Source: Amoebophrya sp. A120 (Eukaryota; Protista; Dinoflagellata). From it: 64,000 nucleotides of DNA. The notes under the pieces were generated by a model that searched no databases, was not told the DNA's origin, and saw only the letters and a program-made list of their open reading frames with translations. Shown here piece by piece: positions 58,688 through 64,000 of this stretch (position 1 is its first letter; each line of letters opens with the position of its first letter). The translations under genes and the position numbers were made by a program. The stretch is from assembly GCA_905178155.1 (NCBI GenBank), contig CAJINV010000011.1:3313077-3377076 (forward strand), in the 5' to 3' direction.

Positions 58688-60172
58688 ATGATGTCGATTT
58701 TCTGGACTTTTTGCGCTTACGTCATGTTTCCGACGGCCTGCGTCGCTTTATTTCTCATGCTCTCCGGCTTCGGACCGCTGGAGCGGCTCGGGTGCAGCAT
58801 CTGCTGTGCGGACGTCAAGGTGGGCATATGTATTGCAAATATGTCTGGGTCTGGAAAAGTGGAACTTGTGATGCTAAGTTTGGATTCTAAAAAAGTTTGT
58901 ATTGCATGACCAGCAAGTAGAGGAGTCCAGTTTGTGCTATGCGGGGAGGGCAGTTGTCATGCGGAATGGGCATCAAGAAGCCAAGCACGAGCACTCAGAG
59001 AGTCTGTGATTCTAGGGAATACATCACTAACGTCACGGGTCATGTAAAATCTGCATGACAAGTTCGCATCCTTGCAGACCCAGACACGTTTGCAGTGCAA
59101 AGGGCACGATGAAGTGCAACGTTCTCGTTTTCTTTGTCCTCCTCAGCTGCGTCGGGTTTCTCACGTCTCTGTACGGAGTTGAGATTATCACAGGGAAATG
59201 AATTGTTCGTGCGCCTGTGCTCACATACTTAGGTGCTGGAAGTTGGCATGATTTTTTTTTTACGCTTGGCAAGCGTGCTGTGCAACAGATTTATTTGCAG
59301 TGTAATGCTATGATAGAGGAGCGAGGAGAAAAAGGTTTTGTCATCCTCATCGCGGCATGTTGCCGAAGAACCTGGTAGCCACAACATGCATTTCTCTTCC
59401 GTGTGATAGAAAAATACGAGCGACTCCGGAAAGAAGGGACCGATCATGTGTCTTTGGATGACAGGTACAGCAGCAGTAGAGTCGAAGCATTCCTTTTGAC
59501 GTGATGGATTTCTTTGCGCCTGTTTTCAGAGAAAATCGCAAGCGTGTTGGGAGGCAAGAACTACACCTGCATTGAAGAAGTGGAGTCACTCAAGTAGGCA
59601 CGAGTAATGCTATGCAAGGCAAAATAACGCACAAAAACAGGTACAAGCTGCAGCTTTTCCGCGACCAGCGCAATTGGTGGATTTCCGGTTGCAACCTCAT
59701 TCTGTGTATCAAATGTAAATAAAATGTCTGGGTCTGGAAAAATGCAACTTGTGATGCTGCATTTGGATTTCAAAGAAATCTGTATTGCATGAGCAGAAAA
59801 ATCAATCTATTTTTTGCTTCAGAGAGAGGGCATTTGTCATGCGGACTAGGCATCAAGAAGCCCAAAAAAAAATTATGATGCCAGGGTATGCATCACAGAC
59901 ATCACGACTCATGCAAAATGTGCATGGCTTGGTATTCTAGGTGCAAAATGTGCATGACAAGTCTCAGAATCCTCCAGACCCAGACATTTTTACATTTGAT
60001 ACTGTGGCTGGTCTGCTGGCGTGTGCAGGCGCTGATGCGGTGGAAAAACACGGTGACTAGCAGCGCCGCGCCAGCCGCACCAGGGACCTCCGATAAAGAT
60101 GCGAAAAAACCCAACGTGGTGTCCGAAACTAGTAAGCCAAAAGTTCCAGAAGAGCCGAAGAAGGTCCGTTGA
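58688..60172 (+). CDS. BAP29/BAP31-like ER membrane protein; 3 introners and GT-AG intron 59465-59640
   Basis: Three hydrophobic segments, KLQLFRDQRNWWISG motif, C-terminal KKVR (KKxx). Confidence 0.85.
58827..59101. mobile_element. Introner family A
   Basis: Perfect DR GGGCA; right end AAA instead of ATA. Confidence 0.92.
59186..59408. mobile_element. Degenerate introner (TATCACA.GG ... CCGTGTGATA)
   Basis: Short TIR; DR GAGAT/GAAAA; removal eliminates an in-frame stop. Confidence 0.7.
59707..60001. mobile_element. Introner family A
   Basis: Perfect DR CTGTG. Confidence 0.95.
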
Positions 60173-60746
60173 GTGTCAGCGGCGTGTGGCATAGGTCCTC
60201 GTCAAGGGAGTAGTTCAAAATGGATGAAAAATACCAGAACAGAGACCCGAATTTTGATTTATTGCGTCGCACCACGACCCGTTTTCTACGATCTCAACTG
60301 ATATGTTGAGTATCTCACACGACGATAGATACTGGGACACAGGACCTAGTAACGCCAATGGCGACTTATCTCACAGGAGTGGTAGGTGTGTTCGGGTTAC
60401 GACGTACTGGACTGCGTTTTTTCATCACTTCTGACGGTTTCGCGGCAAACTCTATTTTCCTCGATCTGCTTCTCATGTTCTTGTTTTTTTTTTTACAAGA
60501 TCTACTTACTAGCAGAATGAAACTCCAGGGCTCCATCTTACCCCATTGATCTGTTTTTTTTGAGAAAACGCACACGCTTGATACACCTGATCAAGGCGAG
60601 AAGTAGATATCGACCCAAATCTTCTATTAGGTTAGAGTTCTTCGTAAAATTCGTTTCATGTATAATGTAGTGTACTTGCATTACCAGTTCGCGTTAGAAT
60701 AGGACAACAAGCTTCTACAGCAACTTTTTCGCCTGTGTTAAATATC

Positions 60747-63700
60747 ATGAGGATTTTTACAACAACATCTAAAGATTTTACTCTGCGTTCTTTTCTCGTT
60801 TTACTTTTATCTTCACTCTTGTCCTCTCGCTCTAACTTTTTTCGTTCCTCTGCGACGATCGACAAGTTTTCTTTCACAAGATGTTGGCGCCTTCAGGTGA
60901 GTTCGTTTCTGCTTCTTTTCGTCTACGCGACTACCCTGCCACTCGTTCTCGGCAACTCTTACGAGTATGTCGTGGTCGGGTCGGGCAGCGCGGGGTCCGT
61001 GGTCGCCTCCCGGCTCGCGCAGCACGGGTTTCACACCCTGCTCATCGAGGCCGGGAGTGCCGCGGAGCCGCTGGAAAAGTGCGAGCACTTCAGCAACCAC
61101 GCGCATCAGTTTCAGGCGTGGCAGTACCCGACGGAATTCCACGACAAGCGGACCTTCATCAACAACCCGAAGGAGTTATGCAATGCAAAAGTCTTGTACT
61201 AGTTCTAGTATAAATAATCGCATGACAAATTATTTCCTCAAGAAAGTTGAAACTTGTCATGCAGTTTGTGGTAAAGGAGAAGATCTGTCATGCAAGACTG
61301 GCACTTTCTATAATACGAGTACCCTAGTGCTTCTACTTTTGCAGTGGATAGGAGTGGCGCCAAGTCCTGGTGCACGGAAAGGTGGCAGGTGGGAGCTCTA
61401 TGTTGAATTCCTGTCTCTTCACGCCCGCGGGACTGCGGGAGTTCGAGCACCTCGGCCCCAAGTGGAACAGCACGGCCTTCGCGACTGCGTATCAGTACCT
61501 GCAGAAACACCTCCCGGTGGTCCACAAAAAGTTCCGGAGCGGCATTTACACCGAGGTGATTCTGTTGAAGCTGATCGAGCGGGGGTTGTTTTCCATGGCG
61601 GGGTGGGAAGAAGACGACGGGACGGCAGACGAGTCGTCGGTCGTGGATCATGTATAACTTGAATTTGATGCTTTGATAATTTTCACCCTGGTGGTGTTGC
61701 TATTCCGTTAACATTTCATCTCTTGGACTATGAAATGTAAGTATTCCGCAGGAGGTGCAACTTCTACTGTGCCCACCAAGAAGATCTTCATCATGTATGA
61801 AATAAAAATCATTCTCAACTGACTCTGAACAGGAAACGCGGCAAAAGCGCACCAAGCTTACCTCAGGCAGCATCAAGTCTCGCGCCACACACCTCCTCGA
61901 CCACTCCGGCTACCGGCGCGGCTGGTGGCTCACCACCGATGAGGACTACACCCGACGAACCAGCTACGACTCGCTGGTCACCCAGAAGGCGCTGCCGAAT
62001 CTGGACGTGTGGCTGAACGCCACCGTGACCAGGGTCCTCTTCGCCCCCGACGGAGGTCGTGAGAACAACAGCGAGAAGCTATCAGAAGGAAAAATCCCCC
62101 CTCCCCATATTGAACAGGTATGCTTCCGAAAATTTGCGTTGCTGATTTGAGGTCACAAATCACATTTGTCTTGCAAGAAGACAAGGGCAGAAGCTTCCGG
62201 CCCATTATGGAAGCGATTTTTCATGCAGCTGTTGGGCCTAAAGCTAAAGGGGAGCCGTTTGCCATGCTGAACAACTAGACCCATAGGCCCCTACCTAGCC
62301 TGGGGATCTGGCCGCAGTGCCTTCCTGCAATGCGAAGCTGATTCGTGTACACAAATCAAGCGTCAGAAATTCCGTTTTGATATGGGGGGGGATTTTTCCT
62401 TGCAATAGAAGCGCGCCACGGGCATCGAGGTGCAGGTCGGGCCCCACGGGCTGAACAAGCTGCGCGTGTACGCGTCGCGGGAGATCGTGTTGTCCGCTGG
62501 GGCGCTCGGGACGCCGAAAATCTTGACGCTGTCTATGACCCGCTCAGACCTTACAATCTCAACTGTTACAATAGAATCTGGAAATCTGTGATGCAAGAAC
62601 TGAATGATCTAGCCTACTCCCATAGGATTGCGCATGAGAAGTTTCGGAGTCCCAAACCCACCTGAAATCCGGCAAAATTTGTATTGCGAAAAGCTCAATT
62701 CTCTCTGCGTTCCTCATGCTCTTCATGCAATACAAATTGCAGATTCTATTGTAACGTTTGAGATTGTAGGGTTTGAGCAGGCCATACTGTCCGGAATTGC
62801 CGATCCCTATGATTTGGGACGCCTCGGGATCCTATGACAGTGCACAACTCCCCTGCCCCCTTATTTGTCGTGCAAAATGGCAAGCCAACCCTTTGCCTCT
62901 TGGCACTGTTTGCATGACAAGCTCGTCTGGTAGCCCAAATAGCACTACAATCCAGTGCAGATTTGTCATGCAAAACCGGCTTTCTTGCTGATGCTTGTAT
63001 TGCCGTTCATGCTATACAAATGAGGGGGAGGGGGAGTTGTGCACTCTGATAGATCCCGGTCACGCAGGCAAGTTACGCGGTGGGGAAATATTTGAAGGAC
63101 CACTTATGCTGGGTGGGGTATGTGATGATGGAAAAACACTTCGGGAACCGCGACGACTGTGACACCGGCATCATGGGCAGTGAGCGCTTGGGAATTTTTC
63201 TCAACATAACGAAAGAGGAAGACGTAGACGTCGGGGGCTTTGCGGCTGGTACTTCTAGTGGGGAAGATGAAGGTAGTAGTAATGCGAGGACAAGTAGTTC
63301 CAGTGGTAGTTTATCGCAGGTAGAGTCAGGACAGAATCCCGACGAGCCCGAAACCGAAGAGCAAAAAGCGGAGAAAGCCGAGAAGCGAAAGCAGGCCATG
63401 TGGGAGAACGTACTGCGGTACGAAGCGGAGGCTTCGAAGGACGACGCCAGCACGCTGACCTACGAGGAGCACGGCGTCATCGTGCCATCTAGAAATAATG
63501 CCGAACAACCGAATGGAAGTAGTGGCAAGGAAATAGAAACGAGCGATGTATCATTGCAAACAGAAAGAAATCCTTCCACAGTTGTTGAAGATCTTTCCCG
63601 CTTTACCGACGCCGCTGACCAGTTCGCCGTCGAGGGAGAATTGCGGCTGTTTTCTACCTGCTATGAGGAGAGCGAGCTGCAGAAACCCGGCACGCCAAGT

Positions 63701-64000
63701 GCGCAGGTCGTGGCGGAAAATAGTAGTAACCAGGATGAGGAGAAGAAAGACAAAGACTCGACGACCGCGCTGCATTACACCGTGGAGTTTGTGCAGATGC
63801 GGCCGAAGACCACGGGCCGGGTCTTCGTGAAATCGAATCGGCCCGAAGTGCCGCCAACCTTCGAGTACCCGCGCATCTTTCCCGAAGACTACGACTACCT
63901 GGCGCAGATGGGCAAGTGGATGGGGGACCAATTCGCGTCCACGGGCAGTACGCAGCCGGAGCCCATCACCGAACAGGCGTTCTCCCCCGGCGCGCTCGAG
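60747..64000 (+). CDS. GMC (glucose-methanol-choline) oxidoreductase, runs off the window; 4 introners and GT-AG intron 61652-61832; start uncertain
   Basis: VVVGSGSAGSVVASRL, LLIEAG, GKVAGGSSMLN, PNLDV..VTRVLF, EIVLSAGALGTPKILTL|SGI, VGKYLKDH, RPKTTGRV. Confidence 0.9.
61177..61350. mobile_element. Introner, F-like family
   Basis: Perfect DR GGAGT. Confidence 0.9.
62080..62407. mobile_element. Introner family B
   Basis: Perfect DR GAAGC. Confidence 0.95.
62534..62786. mobile_element. Introner family I
   Basis: Perfect DR CTGTC. Confidence 0.95.
62833..63051. mobile_element. Introner family J (TAT..AGTGCACAACTCCCC)
   Basis: TIRs; perfect DR GATCC. Confidence 0.95.

Noticed and set aside
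1-64000. Autonomous transposase, rRNA/tRNA genes, dinoflagellate spliced-leader relics
   Set aside because: None recognised by eye; a covariance-model or HMM search was not possible

Overview
Eukaryotic genomic DNA, most consistent with a syndinian dinoflagellate such as Amoebophrya (inferred from intron architecture, not from a search). It carries about 17 protein-coding genes, all on the + strand: TRM5, a PhzF-like protein, CFAP73/CCDC42-like, two SHIPPO/ODF3-like genes, pyroglutamyl peptidase I, GrpE, PTC7-type PP2C, glutathione synthetase, BAP31, a GMC oxidoreductase and several unknowns. The dominant feature is 47 introner-like elements of about 150-420 bp (two enlarged to about 1 kb by nesting) from about 10 TIR families. 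Nearly all run TAT...ATA, are flanked by a 5-bp direct repeat, lie inside coding sequence, and restore the frame and conserved motifs when the element plus one repeat is removed. Most lack GT-AG ends, they occur in both orientations, and all families share an internal TGT[CG]ATGC-type motif. Also present are a 732-bp element with asymmetric inverted repeats nested twice inside introners, and a triplicated splice acceptor/exon start flanking palindrome- and repeat-rich insertions in the CFAP73-like gene. All gene models were spliced by hand, without RNA evidence.
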